A stretch of DNA of 61,181 nt, filler included, from an uncultured bacterium (GCA_964371695.1; 11 parts of 11 records of this genome joined end to end with filler, not necessarily neighbours in it), one strand, 5' to 3'. Positions 28,655 to 39,353 are shown, counted from the first letter of the whole stretch. Program-made: numbers and translations. The notes: a model not told the origin generated them from the sequence alone.

Positions 28655-29647
28655 TCAAACCTGCCCTGGTTGCACTTGGCGCAGACGCCAATAGGTGAGG
28701 TCGGCGGGGTGCCACAGTTCGTTCAGTGTGGACTTAAGCCCCTGAAAAAGGGGGAACGAGCTGTTGTTGCCGGGGTCGGTCTCCAGACTGGTTTCCACGA
28801 TGTCGGGAATCAGGTCGTTGTCGGTGTCGGTGGTGTTCACCCCCAGGGTGGTGTTCATGTCGTCGGGGATGTCGTCCGCCGGGTCGGTGTCGGCCCGTTC
28901 ATAGTCGCTGTTGTGGCCCAGCAGGTTGATGTCGGGTGTGGCGGGCAGGGGGCTGCCGCTGTTGACGCTGGTGACATTGGCATCGCGGCGGATGGTGAAG
29001 TCCAACGGCTCCACCAGGTTATCCAGCACGTTGAAACTGCCGTTGCGGTCGGGGTGCAAAGGCGACACCAGAAAGTTCAGCGAAAGGGCCTTGTCGTTCA
29101 CCGTCACGCCGCTGTTGGGGGCGCATTTGCTGGTGGTGGAGCGCTGGGTGGCGACAAGCGCGAAAAAGGTCTTGCACAGTTCCAGCGTGATTTTGCCGCC
29201 GCCACGGGGCAGCACTTTGTCCAGCAGGCCAAAGCTGGCGAGGTAAGGCTGCGTGGTGGTGTTCCACACCAGCGTGCTGGTGAGGGTGTTGCTGGAAAAA
29301 GGCTCGCCGGTCTGGTTCTGGCGAATCTGGTTTCCGGTGTAATAGGTCCACACCCCCTGGTGCAGCACAAAGGCGTCGGTCCAGTTTTCAGCCAGACTCA
29401 CACCGGCCACCACGGCTTTTGGGCCAAGGTTCTGGCTGTTCAGGCCGCTGCGGTTCACCGCCACGATGTAATGCAGGTCCGGGTCCAGACGCCCGGCATA
29501 AAAAAGCTCCAGGCGCAGCAGGTCCACCGCCGCGGCGGGGGCCTTTTGCTGCACCACGCGGGCGCAGCCCAGGCTCAGCAGAAAACCAGCCAGCAGGGTG
29601 GCCAGGGGGGCTGCGGAGATTTTTCTGTTCCGGGTTTTCAAGGTCAT
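28655..29647 (-). CDS. Hypothetical lipoprotein with an acidic Ca-binding (TSP3-like) repeat
   Basis: LSLGC lipobox; DTDNDLIPDIVE...TDP. Confidence 0.7.
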   Translation of the reverse strand: MTLKTRNRKISAAPLATLLAGFLLSLGCARVVQQKAPAAAVDLLRLELFYAGRLDPDLHYIVAVNRSGLNSQNLGPKAVVAGVSLAENWTDAFVLHQGVWTYYTGNQIRQNQTGEPFSSNTLTSTLVWNTTTQPYLASFGLLDKVLPRGGGKITLELCKTFFALVATQRSTTSKCAPNSGVTVNDKALSLNFLVSPLHPDRNGSFNVLDNLVEPLDFTIRRDANVTSVNSGSPLPATPDINLLGHNSDYERADTDPADDIPDDMNTTLGVNTTDTDNDLIPDIVETSLETDPGNNSSFPLFQGLKSTLNELWHPADLTYWRLRQVQPGQV

Positions 29648-29677
29648 TGTGTTTTCATGAAAGGGGTTGGTCTGGCG

Positions 29678-29757
29678 TAGCGGCGACGCCCGCGTCGCCG
29701 CGAAATTCGATGGATTTTGATTGTTTTTAGTGCGCGACGGGGGCGTCGCGCCTACTC
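29678..29757. repeat. REPIN-like doublet
   Basis: GTAGCGGCGACGCCCGCGTCGCCGC...GCGCGACGGGGGCGTCGCGCCTAC. Confidence 0.75.
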
Positions 29758-29794
29758 CGCAAGGTTTTCAGAGAGCCTGTTCGGGCAGAGTCGG

Positions 29795-30796
29795 TCAATT
29801 CCCCAGGGCCTTTTTCACCCACTTGCCAATGTCCTCCAGGCGGCCCACGCCAAAGGCCCTGATTTTCAGGTCGCCGTCCACGGCATAAAACGTGGGATAG
29901 GCGCTCACCTTCCAGGTTTGCAGCACGTGGCCGTTGGGGTCCAGCAGCGAGGGCCAGGGATAGTTCTGCTGGGTTTGATAGTCCCGGGCGTTTTTCACGG
30001 CCTGCTCGCTGTTGCCCATGGCGGCGGCGATGATTTTGTATCCCTTGGCCCGGCCCGAAGTCTCCAGCCATTCCTTGAAGCGCGGCAGCTCCCGCTGGCA
30101 GTGGGGGCAGGTGGGGCTGTAAAAAATCACCAGCCCTCCCTTGCTGCCCTTGAGTGTGGCGAGGTCCACGGTTTTGCCCGTCAGGTCGGGCAGAGAAAGC
30201 GGGGGCGCGGGGCGGCCCACCATTTTGTCCTGGGGGTTCACCATGGCGGGGGCGTTGGCGGCCTTGGCCACATATTTGAGAAGGTCCAGCAGGGAGCGGT
30301 CGTCGTAAACGTCCAGTTTTTCTGTGACGCCGCCGGGGCTGAGGGTGGGGGTGAGCATGACGCCCCCCGGCCCCAGAATGTAATAAGCGGGCAGCGACAC
30401 CGCCTGAAACTGATAGGCCACCCGCAACTGTTCATCCTGAAAACTGGGCAGCTTGACGGTGGCGGCGATGGCCTTGGCCTTGGCCAGGTCGTTCTGGTTC
30501 ACCGAGGCCACGGTCACGGCTTTCACCCCCTGGGGCAGGGCGGTGGTGTTCAGATCTTTGAGTTGCTCCACACACAGCTTGCAGCGGGGGTGCCAGAAAA
30601 AGAGCAGCGTGGCTTTGGACCCAAACTGGCTGTTGAGCACCTCGGTTTTGGGCGTGTCCAGGCGTTTGAGGGTCCATTTGTCGGGGGCCTGACCCAGGCG
30701 CAGGGCCTTGGGGTTGGCGAACGCGGCGGTGTGACTCACCAGCAGCACCAGCAGGGCAAGGCGGCCCGCTGTTTGGAAAAGGAAGCGGATGGACAT
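29795..30796 (-). CDS. Exported protein with two TlpA/ResA-like thioredoxin domains
   Basis: Signal peptide; FWHPRCKLC and FYSPTCPHC motifs, each followed by a cis-Pro-type motif (SLP, AYP). Confidence 0.85.
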   Translation of the reverse strand: MSIRFLFQTAGRLALLVLLVSHTAAFANPKALRLGQAPDKWTLKRLDTPKTEVLNSQFGSKATLLFFWHPRCKLCVEQLKDLNTTALPQGVKAVTVASVNQNDLAKAKAIAATVKLPSFQDEQLRVAYQFQAVSLPAYYILGPGGVMLTPTLSPGGVTEKLDVYDDRSLLDLLKYVAKAANAPAMVNPQDKMVGRPAPPLSLPDLTGKTVDLATLKGSKGGLVIFYSPTCPHCQRELPRFKEWLETSGRAKGYKIIAAAMGNSEQAVKNARDYQTQQNYPWPSLLDPNGHVLQTWKVSAYPTFYAVDGDLKIRAFGVGRLEDIGKWVKKALGN

Positions 30797-30849
30797 GCCG
30801 GTATTGTAATCAAGCCCCGGAAGATGTGGCTTTTCTTGCGGGTAATGGC

Positions 30850-31287
30850 TCATCGGCAGGCCGGACAGGTGCCGTAAAAGGTCATTTCGCGGGTGCTGAT
30901 GGCCCAGCCCAGGCTGGCGGGCGGCGGCGGCGGCGGGGTTTCGTCCAGGCAGGCCACCGCGCCGCATTCTTCGCACAACACATGGGCGTGCTCCTGGGGC
31001 AGAGACCGGGCCACGGCAAACCGCACACTGCGCTCGTGGGTTTTCACCCGGTGCAGCACACCGGCGTCTTCCAGGGTTTGCAGGGTGCGATAAAGGGTCA
31101 CGCGGTCGTGGCCGGGGCCGAGTTTTTCCATGATCTGGCCGTGGCTGAGGGCCTGGGGGGTGTCCAGCAGGGCGTCCAGCACCTGCACCCGCGCCGCCGA
31201 GGGCCGCACCCGCGCCTGTTTCAGCAGCCGGTGGGCGGGTGTTTCCGCCGGGCCGGAAGGCATTTTGGGTGGGCAGGCGGCGGCCAT
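30850..31287 (-). CDS. Fur family transcriptional regulator
   Basis: DRVTLYRTLQTLEDAG, HAHVLCEEC, GTCPAC. Confidence 0.9.
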   Translation of the reverse strand: MAAACPPKMPSGPAETPAHRLLKQARVRPSAARVQVLDALLDTPQALSHGQIMEKLGPGHDRVTLYRTLQTLEDAGVLHRVKTHERSVRFAVARSLPQEHAHVLCEECGAVACLDETPPPPPPASLGWAISTREMTFYGTCPACR

Positions 31288-31398
31288 GGGGGATATTTTA
31301 ACAGGGCGCTGGGGGATTCAGGACCGAAGACATCAATCTGTGTAGGGTGGTGATTGAAGGGGCTTTTTATTATTAACAGCAACGCCTGAGCCAGTGAA

Positions 31399-32883
31399 AT
31401 GACAGAAAAACGCCCCTATTTCGGACATAGGAAAAACCCGCTCGCCCCGCTGCGGCGGCCGCTGGTGGTGCTGTGGGCGGTGTTGTGGCGCGTGGCGCTG
31501 GGGGGTGGGATCGTCTATGGCCTGTTCTGGCTCACACAACTGGACGTGAGCCGCCTCACCGCGCGGGCCACCGCCCGCCAGCCCGTGGGTGAGGGGGCCG
31601 AGCTGGCGCTTTATGACGACGGCAAGGTTTTTTTGCGCGCCCGCGCCACCGTGGTGCGGGTGGAGGAAAACGAAGATGTCATCGAGGCCCAGGGTCTGAG
31701 CGAGGGCGAGCTGTTTGACGACAATGGCCGCCGCCGGGTGGCTTTTGCGGCGGACACGTTGATCTGGCGCAAGAGCCTGGGGCAGGTGGTGATGGAGGGC
31801 GGCATTACGCTGAGCGCCAGCGAGGGCGACGTACTCAAGGCCCCGCAATTGCTCATGAACCGCACCGAGCAGAAGATCTTTTTTCACCAGGGCCTGAAGT
31901 GGCGGGCCGGGCGCAGCCACCTGAGCGCGGGTCAGGCCGAGGCCGACCGCAAACTGCGGCAGTTTGTGTTGCGGGGCACGGTGGAGGGCGAGATTTTTGA
32001 CCTGCGCAGCATGGCCCTCAGCCGCAGTCAGCGCACCTTCAAAAAGCGCCAGCTCAGCCCCGGCGAGGTGCTGCCCCTGCGGGTGCTGGCCCCCCAGGCC
32101 ACGGTGGATCAAACCCAGGGTCTGGCCACCTTCACCAGTGGCCCCGGCGAGCCGCCGCTGCTGCTCAGCCTCAAGCGCCACCGCCTGCGCGCCCGCTCGG
32201 CCCAGGTGTATACCCGCGAAAAACGCCTGGAGGTGTCGGGCGAAACCCTGCTGGTGCGGCCCCCCGACCAGGACAAACGGTTTGGCGACACCGCCAACGC
32301 CTTTGCCCAGGACAAAGCCGTGATCTCCACCGCCATGTTCACCTGGTTTTATGGTGAAAAACGCATGATTTTTCCCACCCAACTGGTGGTGGTGCAACCG
32401 GCGCGGGTGCTCTCGGCGGGGCAGGGCATTCTGGATGACGCGGCGGGAAAAATGGACCTCACCGCCGGTGTGGGGTATCAGCAGACCCACGGCCCCTGGG
32501 CCAAACGCCTGAAGAAATACGACGACCTGAGCCAGGACGCCCGCGACATTCTCACCAGCCCCATGGCGCTGCGTTCGGGCCAGTTGTCCTATGACCTCAA
32601 AAACGGCTCGTTTGAAGCCCTGGGGGGCGTGGACGTGCGGGTGAAGGAGCGCACCCTCACGGGCCACCGGGCGGTGTATGTTCCGAAAGAAAAAAAGTGG
32701 ACCATGCAGGGGTCCGTGGTTTATCGGCAAAAAGACAAACAGGCCCTTTTTACCGAGCTTTTCACGCTGAAAACCGACGTGGAGCAGGCGGTGCTGGAGG
32801 GCCGTTCGCGGGTGCTCATCAACCCCAGCGAGCGCATGAAAACTTCTTATGACGACATGGCCAAAGACCCGTTGTGGCGGTAG
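31399..32883 (+). CDS. LptC/LptA (OstA-like) beta-jellyroll repeat membrane protein
   Basis: Single N-terminal TM then repeated AxxxxYD/W...xxGxV beta-taco-like units. Confidence 0.55.
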   Translation: MTEKRPYFGHRKNPLAPLRRPLVVLWAVLWRVALGGGIVYGLFWLTQLDVSRLTARATARQPVGEGAELALYDDGKVFLRARATVVRVEENEDVIEAQGLSEGELFDDNGRRRVAFAADTLIWRKSLGQVVMEGGITLSASEGDVLKAPQLLMNRTEQKIFFHQGLKWRAGRSHLSAGQAEADRKLRQFVLRGTVEGEIFDLRSMALSRSQRTFKKRQLSPGEVLPLRVLAPQATVDQTQGLATFTSGPGEPPLLLSLKRHRLRARSAQVYTREKRLEVSGETLLVRPPDQDKRFGDTANAFAQDKAVISTAMFTWFYGEKRMIFPTQLVVVQPARVLSAGQGILDDAAGKMDLTAGVGYQQTHGPWAKRLKKYDDLSQDARDILTSPMALRSGQLSYDLKNGSFEALGGVDVRVKERTLTGHRAVYVPKEKKWTMQGSVVYRQKDKQALFTELFTLKTDVEQAVLEGRSRVLINPSERMKTSYDDMAKDPLWR

Positions 32884-32904
32884 AAGGCGGAAGGCGGGAG
32901 TTTT

Positions 32905-33219
32905 TTACCCTGCCGCGACTTTTCTCCCACTTTTTTGAGGCACAATCCGAACCTCCACCCTCTTTTCCAGAACCTCCAGATAATCCACCAGACGGTCGAG
33001 GGTAAAGCCAGAGAGGCGGCCATTTTTGAGAGAGGAAATCACGGGCTGGGTGGTGCCCAGCAGGTGGGCGGCCTGCTGCTGGGTGAGGCCGCGTTTGTCC
33101 AGTTCGCGGGTTATGGCCAGCGCCAAACGGGATTTGGTGAGCAGCTTTTCAGGTTCTGGCAGGCCCAGATCGGCAAACACGTTGCCGGTGCTTTGTGTGT
33201 GTTCTGGAATGGTTTTCAT
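32905..33219 (-). CDS. HigA-like XRE HTH antitoxin
   Basis: STGNVFADLGLP, LTQQQAAHLLGTTQPVISSLKNGRLSGFTLDRL. Confidence 0.9.
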   Translation of the reverse strand: MKTIPEHTQSTGNVFADLGLPEPEKLLTKSRLALAITRELDKRGLTQQQAAHLLGTTQPVISSLKNGRLSGFTLDRLVDYLEVLEKRVEVRIVPQKSGRKVAAG

Positions 33220-33589
33220 GGTTCCTCCTCTTTGGCCAGCAGGCGGGCTTCTTTCAGGCGTTGGTGAATGACGGTCAGGTGGGCTTTGGGTGTGGTGATG
33301 CCGTGTGTGGATTTTTTCTGGAAGGCATGCAGGACATAGAGGCGTTTCCCCAGTTTTGTGGCGTAAATGGTTCTGAATGTGCCTGACTCATCCTCTGCCT
33401 TGATTTCAATCACTCCCGGCAGACCTTTTAATGCCTTGCTGTTGGGTGGCACTCACCGGTTTGTGCCATGAAAAGCGCATGACCTGTCTGTTCGCGGGCC
33501 TGCTGAGGAAACGCACGCAAATCTTTCAGACTGCTTCCCATCCACACAACTGGCCGAAGCGGTTTTTCTGGCGGCTTCACCTCCTTCAC
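33216..33589 (-). pseudogene. Gp49/HigB-like RelE toxin with a 1-nt frameshift
   Basis: N-half LRPVVWMGSSLKDLRAFP...GHAL..AQTG stops at 33428; C-half SKALKG...FRTIY...YVLHAFQKKS is in another frame. Confidence 0.8.
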
Positions 33590-33598
33590 CTGCACCAG

Positions 33599-33627
33599 AT
33601 TATATAAAAAATTATATATTTTCTCAA
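33599..33627 (-). promoter_or_regulatory. Sigma70 promoter of the TA operon with overlapping palindromic operator
   Basis: TTGAGA-17 bp-TATAAT; palindrome TATATAA-N4-TTATATA at 33601-33618. Confidence 0.8.
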
Positions 33628-33827
33628 GCGGGTGGCTCTTCTGGTTTCAATTGAGGGGTGACAAATCGCTCTGGGGAAATCATAAAGATCACGAAACATG
33701 GCGTCATTCACGCGAAAGCGGGAATCCNNNNNNNNNNNNNNNNNNNNNNNNNNNNNNNNNNNNNNNNNNNNTTAATTAATTAANNNNNNNNNNNNNNNNN
33801 NNNNNNNNNNNNNNNNNNNNNNNNNNN

Positions 33828-34441
33828 GTCTCCACCTGTTCGCCTTCGCCCAGGTCCATGCCCTCGTTGGTTTCCTGAAACTCTTCGGCGTTGAATTCAC
33901 CCTTTTCCAGGTCTTCCAGGCTGGTGCCTTCGGGCAGTTCGTTGGCCTGCACATCGCCCTCAATCACCTTCACGCCCTCATCGCCCACTTCTTCGGTGGT
34001 GCCGCGCACACCGGCCACGGCGGTGGGGGTGCCGATGATGAAGGAGCTGTCGGGTGTCTTGAGCTTTTTCACCTTGGCGAACACGGAGCCTTTTTTCACC
34101 GTCAGCAGTACGTCGGTGGCGACCCCCGACTTGGTGAGCGCCGCAATGGTCATCTGCGTGAGGGGGCGAATCTTGAGCACGTTGCCGTTGTCCCAAGTGA
34201 GGATGGCCTCACCGCCGGGGCCGGTTTTCACTTTGGTTCCCGGCAGCAGCTTCTGCCCCACGGTGGCCTTGGTCCAGGCTCCACCAGTGGACACCTGCAC
34301 CTGACCCGCCGCCTTGCGCACGGTGACTTTCATGTTCTGGCCAAATGCCGCGCCGGTGCTGATCAGCGCGCCTGCCAGGGTGAGGACGCCCGTTATCCGG
34401 GGCAATCCGCAGTTGGCGAAACGGTCGGTGGATTTGTTCAT
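33828..34441 (-). CDS. FecR-domain exported protein (truncated by contig end)
   Basis: GQVQV...W...G..L..G..VKTG...A.L.WDNG, TPTAVAGVRGT; AGGAGG RBS. Confidence 0.85.
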
Positions 34442-34504
34442 GGAAACCCTCCTTGAGGCCCTTTTTTCTGTTTTTTCTGGGGTGAGAGAGATATTGGACA
34501 TGGA

Positions 34505-35383
34505 TCAATACTTGTGGGTCAGCGTGAAACGCATCACGTGGTCTTCCGGCCCGGTGGCGAAATCCTTGAGCTGATACCCAAACGCCAGATCCTGTTTAAC
34601 GTTCAGTTTGTATTTGAAGTCCACGCCATAGGCGTTGAGCGTGTTGCGGGCCGACACCACGCCGCGGGCGTTGGTGCGGTTGTCGCGGCTTTTCATGTCG
34701 TAGTTCATGGAAACACCCAGTGAGCCGCTGAGCCGCTTGCCCATGGTGTGGGACCAGTCCAGCTTGGGGGTCAGCGTGCCGCCCACGTCAAAGTTGGGCC
34801 GCCCGGCATAGCTGATGCCGCCAGAGAGGCCATCTTTGCTCATATAGGCCCGTTTGCCCTGGCCTTTTTTGTGGGGGCCAAAAAACTTGTAGCTCAGCGC
34901 AAACGCCAGGGTTTCGCTGTCGGTGTTTTTCTGGCCGTTGTCCAACACGTCGTATTTGTCGTTGGAGACATAGTTGACGCTGGCCTTGGCTTTTTTGCTG
35001 AGGGTGCGGCTGAAACCGGCCAGGATGGTGACATTGTCACTCTGGCTTTCGTTGAGGTTGAATTTGTAAATCGCCCCCACGGTGCCCGATACATTCTTGT
35101 TGATGGTTTTCGAAACAATGAAAGTTTTCTGAAAAACATCGTCCACCGTGCAGTTGGCGTCTCCCTTGCCACCGCAACCGGCGCGGGCGCTGGGCAGTGA
35201 CTTTTTGTGATACTCCAGCCGGTATTGGCTGATGAGGTTGACGGTTTTCTGCGGTTTTTTCCGCTGGTCGGCCTTGGCGGCGGCCTTTGCTTTTTCGGCG
35301 CCCTTTTTGGAGGCCGCCTGGGAAGGGGTGATTGCACCCACCGATAAAACGGCAAGCGCAAGCAAGGTCAGATGTTTTCGCAA
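34505..35383 (-). CDS. Exported protein, probable outer-membrane beta-barrel
   Basis: AGGAGG + TTG start, signal peptide, alternating amphipathic strands, terminal aromatic (HKY). Confidence 0.6.
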   Translation of the reverse strand: MRKHLTLLALAVLSVGAITPSQAASKKGAEKAKAAAKADQRKKPQKTVNLISQYRLEYHKKSLPSARAGCGGKGDANCTVDDVFQKTFIVSKTINKNVSGTVGAIYKFNLNESQSDNVTILAGFSRTLSKKAKASVNYVSNDKYDVLDNGQKNTDSETLAFALSYKFFGPHKKGQGKRAYMSKDGLSGGISYAGRPNFDVGGTLTPKLDWSHTMGKRLSGSLGVSMNYDMKSRDNRTNARGVVSARNTLNAYGVDFKYKLNVKQDLAFGYQLKDFATGPEDHVMRFTLTHKY

Positions 35384-35548
35384 GAAATTCCTCCTCTGGG
35401 GGCCATGGGGTCAGAACAGCCCGTCGTTTGCTGATGGTTCTGGCGTGAAATGTTAAACACGTTCCTCCCCAAAGGCAAACAATGCCGCCGATTCCAGACG
35501 TGAGGCTCCCATGTGCAGGCCAGATTGACAAGTTTTTCAGGTTTGTTC

Positions 35549-35564
35549 TGTGACGCCCGTCACA
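35549..35564. promoter_or_regulatory. CRP/FNR-family-like binding site (alternatively part of a terminator hairpin)
   Basis: Exact TGTGA-N6-TCACA. Confidence 0.4.
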
Positions 35565-35598
35565 CCTGAACAAATATTTTCAACCCCAGCAAAAACCG

Positions 35599-36369
35599 TT
35601 ACTCCCCCAACTTCGCCTTCACCAGCTCATAATCCGCCGGTTTGTCCACATCCATGCCCAAAGCGGCCTCGGACGTGAACACCGCCTGCACCGTGGCCCC
35701 CGTCAGGCGCGCCGCCACTGCCTCCACGTCCGCCACCCGCAGACGCTTGAAAATCGCCTTGATCAGCACCATCACGCCAATGCGCAGCGCCAGACGCAGC
35801 GGTTTTTTGCGCAGGGCCAGCAAATCCCGCAGCAAAGCCTTTTGCGACAACATGCCCCCACGGTGCACCAGAAACACGTTTCCGCTGGTCAGGCGACCGT
35901 CCACCAGCGTGCCATAGGTGCGTTTCGCCCCCGGATAAGCCGCCTCAATCACCTGCTGGCTCAACACGGGCACATACACGTCGGCCTCAAACGAGGAACA
36001 CTCCTCCAGATATTTCTTCAGCACGCCGGTGGTGAGAAAGGGCAAATCCACCGAACACACCAGCACCCACTCGGTGCTCAGGTTTTCCAGGCCATAAATG
36101 AGATTTTCCATCAGCCCGGACTGTTCTTCCAGCCACACCACGCCCTCCAGCGGCACACCCGCCCGGCGCACGGCCTCGCCCGCCACCACCGCCACCCGTT
36201 TCAGCCCCAGACTCTGCAGTGCGCTGCCCACGCGCTCCAGTTGGGTTTTCCCCTTGCCAAACGTGAGCAGGGCCTTGCTCGGCACATCTTCAAGCGGTTT
36301 GAGGCTTTCTTCCAGCACGCCGCCCGCCAGCACCAGGGCCTCCAGGTTTTCTGGCAGAAATCTGCTCAT
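35599..36369 (-). CDS. MobA-like NTP transferase family protein
   Basis: ALVLAGG, SKALL, CSVDLPFL, KRTY...GN, MDVDKPAD. Confidence 0.85.
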   Translation of the reverse strand: MSRFLPENLEALVLAGGVLEESLKPLEDVPSKALLTFGKGKTQLERVGSALQSLGLKRVAVVAGEAVRRAGVPLEGVVWLEEQSGLMENLIYGLENLSTEWVLVCSVDLPFLTTGVLKKYLEECSSFEADVYVPVLSQQVIEAAYPGAKRTYGTLVDGRLTSGNVFLVHRGGMLSQKALLRDLLALRKKPLRLALRIGVMVLIKAIFKRLRVADVEAVAARLTGATVQAVFTSEAALGMDVDKPADYELVKAKLGE

Positions 36370-36643
36370 GACACACTCATTTCAAAAATCTCCAGCTTTC
36401 GGGGATGCACCCAAAAACTGACCCGGCTTTTTTTGTTTGGTTCGCCGGTTTCCTCCCTGAAACCTTGCAAACAACGCCGCACGCCCCAGCCTAACCCCAA
36501 AAAACCTTGGGGTGTCTCAGCTTTTTTCTCCCAATTACCGTTTTGGACCAACACCGCCCGCCTTGGGGCGGCGGCGGCAACGGCCATCCATGGCCTCTGG
36601 CCACGGACGCTGCCAAGACACTCGCCCAAAACACCAGCTTTCA

Positions 36644-37510
36644 TCACACCACCCCCTGCCCTTCCAGCCAGCGGGTCATGGCCAGGAAATCATCCGTGGG
36701 GATGGCCTCGGCCCGGAGACCCTCAAGAGATTGAAACTCGGTGAAAAACGATGCCTGGGTAAGAGGAGACAGAGAAAGTCCTTTGCTGATCAGCGGGAGG
36801 GCTTTTTTGCGCCGCTGCGAGAAGGCCAAGTCTACCACCCTTTCCAGCGCCGTGCGGGTGGCGGGCGCGGGCAGTTGACCGGTTGGCAGGGCCTGAAACA
36901 ACACCACGGCGCTGTCCACCGTGGGGGGCGGGTGAAACGCACCGGGCTTGAGCACCCGCCTGAGCGACACCCGGCTCACCGCCTCAAACAGCACCGTGGC
37001 CCGGCCCCGCTCCCGCCTCCCTACCGGGGCGGTCAGGCGCTGGGCCACTTCTTTTTGCACCACAAACACCGCCTGCTGCACCGGCCCCATCAGGCCATAG
37101 AGCCGCCGCAAAAACTTCCCGGTCAGGTAATAGGGCAGATTGCCCGCCACCGCGCCTTCAAACCCCTCTGGCCAGGGCCAGTTGAGAATGTCCGCCGGGT
37201 GCACCACCACACGGGCATCGGCGGCGTATTTTTCGCTCAAGGTCTGGGCCAGGGTTTCGTCTTTTTCCACCAAGTGGATTTCGCGGAAAGATTTTTGCAC
37301 CAGCCAGCCGGTGAGCACGCCGGGGCCAGGGCCCACCTCCACCAGCGACCAACCGGGTTGCGCCGCCACGCCAGTGAGCTGATCTGCGATTTCTCGCGCC
37401 AGCTCGGGACGGGTCAGCCAGTGCTGGGCCAGCACTTTGCGGGGCACAGGCGAATGACTTTTTTTGCGGGGACCGGGCTTTTTACCGCGCAAAGCGAACT
37501 GCTCACTCAC
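36644..37510 (-). CDS. rsmA: 16S rRNA dimethyladenosine transferase
   Basis: [46 protein letters not shown]. Confidence 0.92.
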   Translation of the reverse strand: MSEQFALRGKKPGPRKKSHSPVPRKVLAQHWLTRPELAREIADQLTGVAAQPGWSLVEVGPGPGVLTGWLVQKSFREIHLVEKDETLAQTLSEKYAADARVVVHPADILNWPWPEGFEGAVAGNLPYYLTGKFLRRLYGLMGPVQQAVFVVQKEVAQRLTAPVGRRERGRATVLFEAVSRVSLRRVLKPGAFHPPPTVDSAVVLFQALPTGQLPAPATRTALERVVDLAFSQRRKKALPLISKGLSLSPLTQASFFTEFQSLEGLRAEAIPTDDFLAMTRWLEGQGVV

Positions 37511-38363
37511 CCACCGGGCTGAGCACACTGCTCTTCACCCAGTCATCCAGTTCCTTGAGCTGGCGCAGCAACGGTTTCATGTCCTTGAGGGCAATCATGT
37601 TGGGGCCGTCACTGAGGGCTTCATCAGGGTTGATGTGGGTTTCCATGAAAAGCGCGTCCACCCCCACCGCCACGGCGGCGCGGGCCAGGGCGGGCACATA
37701 TTCCCGCTGGCCACCGCTGCGGGTGCCCATGCCGCCCGGCAACTGCACGCTGTGGGTGGCGTCGAACACCACCGGGAATCCGAAATCGCGCATGATGGGC
37801 AGCGACTTCATGTCCACCACCAGATTGTTGTAACCAAAACTCGCGCCCCGCTCGGTGAGCGTGATGTTGGGGTTGCCGGTGGCGCGTATTTTTTCGATGA
37901 CGTTTTTCATGTCCCAAGGGGCCAGGAACTGCCCCTTTTTGGCGTTCACCACGCGCCCGGTGCGCCCACAGGCCAGCACCAGATCGGTCTGACGCACCAG
38001 ATAGGCGGGAATCTGCAACACATCCACCACCTCGGCCACGGTGTCCACCTGATCTACCTCATGCACATCGGTGAGCACCGGCACGTTCAGCGTGTCCTTC
38101 ACATGCGCCAGGATTTCAAGGCCCTTTTCCAGCCCCAATCCCCGAAAGCTCTTGTGACTGCTGCGGTTGGCCTTGTCAAAACTGGCCTTGAAAATGAGGG
38201 GAACCCCCAACTCGCCAGCGATATCCACCAGTTGCTCGGCGATTTCAAACACCACCTGGGCGCTTTCCACCACACAAGGCCCGGCGATAATCGCCAGCGG
38301 GTGTCCCCCGCCCATGGCCACGGAACCAGCGTGAACAGTGCAGGGAGGCAACGGCTCAGACAT
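37503..38363 (-). CDS. kdsA: KDO-8-phosphate synthase
   Basis: [55 protein letters not shown]. Confidence 0.96.
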   Translation of the reverse strand: MSEPLPPCTVHAGSVAMGGGHPLAIIAGPCVVESAQVVFEIAEQLVDIAGELGVPLIFKASFDKANRSSHKSFRGLGLEKGLEILAHVKDTLNVPVLTDVHEVDQVDTVAEVVDVLQIPAYLVRQTDLVLACGRTGRVVNAKKGQFLAPWDMKNVIEKIRATGNPNITLTERGASFGYNNLVVDMKSLPIMRDFGFPVVFDATHSVQLPGGMGTRSGGQREYVPALARAAVAVGVDALFMETHINPDEALSDGPNMIALKDMKPLLRQLKELDDWVKSSVLSPVGE

Positions 38364-38381
38364 ACCTGAGGAGTATAAAGG

Positions 38382-38551
38382 TAAGAGTCCCAAACAAAAC
38401 TGGTTTTGTTTGGGACTCTTGCGGGCATGAATGCCCGCATCCGAAAGCCGAAACTTTGAAAAAGTTGAGGTTTTCGCCACGCCGAGGGGGCTTTGCCCCC
38501 GACAGCGTTGGGTTTTAAAAGTCCACGACGGACTTTTAAAACAGGTTCTTA
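38382..38551. mobile_element. MITE-like modular hairpin element
   Basis: TAAGAG...AAACAGGTTCTTA ends; internal hairpins colinear with 56078-56255. Confidence 0.7.
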
Positions 38552-38852
38552 GTTCATGATTTGAACAGTATGCCCCGCACAAAGAAGATATTTACACCCA
38601 TTTAGCCTGAAATTAAAGTATCATGTCATCCGTGCGGACGATTAGTGCAAATAAATACTTCACGCTCACCGATGGGGTGCTCTAAAAAGTAAACAAATAG
38701 TTTATTTTGGACAAAAAATACTTTTTTTGACCGGTTGTTTAAAATTTGCTTGGTCAATTTCAAAAGAAACAGTAGAGTTTTGCTTCCTCACTAAAATCTC
38801 ATTTTCAAGCCGCTTCGCCTACTCTGTCGGGATTCTCCAAAAAACAAAAATC

Positions 38853-39203
38853 ATGTTTGACCCCAACCAGCCCATTCTCAACGCCCAGGTGGTGGAACAC
38901 TTCCAGGAGGTGTATCACGCCATTGCAGACCCCACCCGGCGGTCGCTGCTGGAAAGCCTGCTGGAGGGAGAAAAAGACGTCAACACACTGGCCAAGCCTT
39001 TTGACATGTCCCTGCCCGCCATCTCCCAGCACCTGCGCATTTTGCGCACCGCCGGTCTGATCCAAAGCCGTAAAGACGGCAACCGACGCATTTATTTCCT
39101 CACGCCAGAACCTTTGATTCAGGTGCAATACTGGCTGGCCTCGCTTCAGCGGCCCCTGGTGTTTGACCGGGGAAAAACCCTGCACCTGCACAAAAAGAAA
39201 TGA
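38853..39203 (+). CDS. ArsR/SmtB family transcriptional regulator
   Basis: AIADPTRRSLL...FDMSLPAISQHLRILRTAGLI...GNRRIY. Confidence 0.9.
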   Translation: MFDPNQPILNAQVVEHFQEVYHAIADPTRRSLLESLLEGEKDVNTLAKPFDMSLPAISQHLRILRTAGLIQSRKDGNRRIYFLTPEPLIQVQYWLASLQRPLVFDRGKTLHLHKKK

Positions 39204-39353
39204 ACTGCTGCTGAAGTTAGCCTTGCCGTTTGTCGGGGCAAAATTTAGAGCATNNNNNNNNNNNNNNNNNNNNNNNNNNNNNNNNNNNNNNNNNNNNTTA
39301 ATTAATTAANNNNNNNNNNNNNNNNNNNNNNNNNNNNNNNNNNNNNNNNNNNN

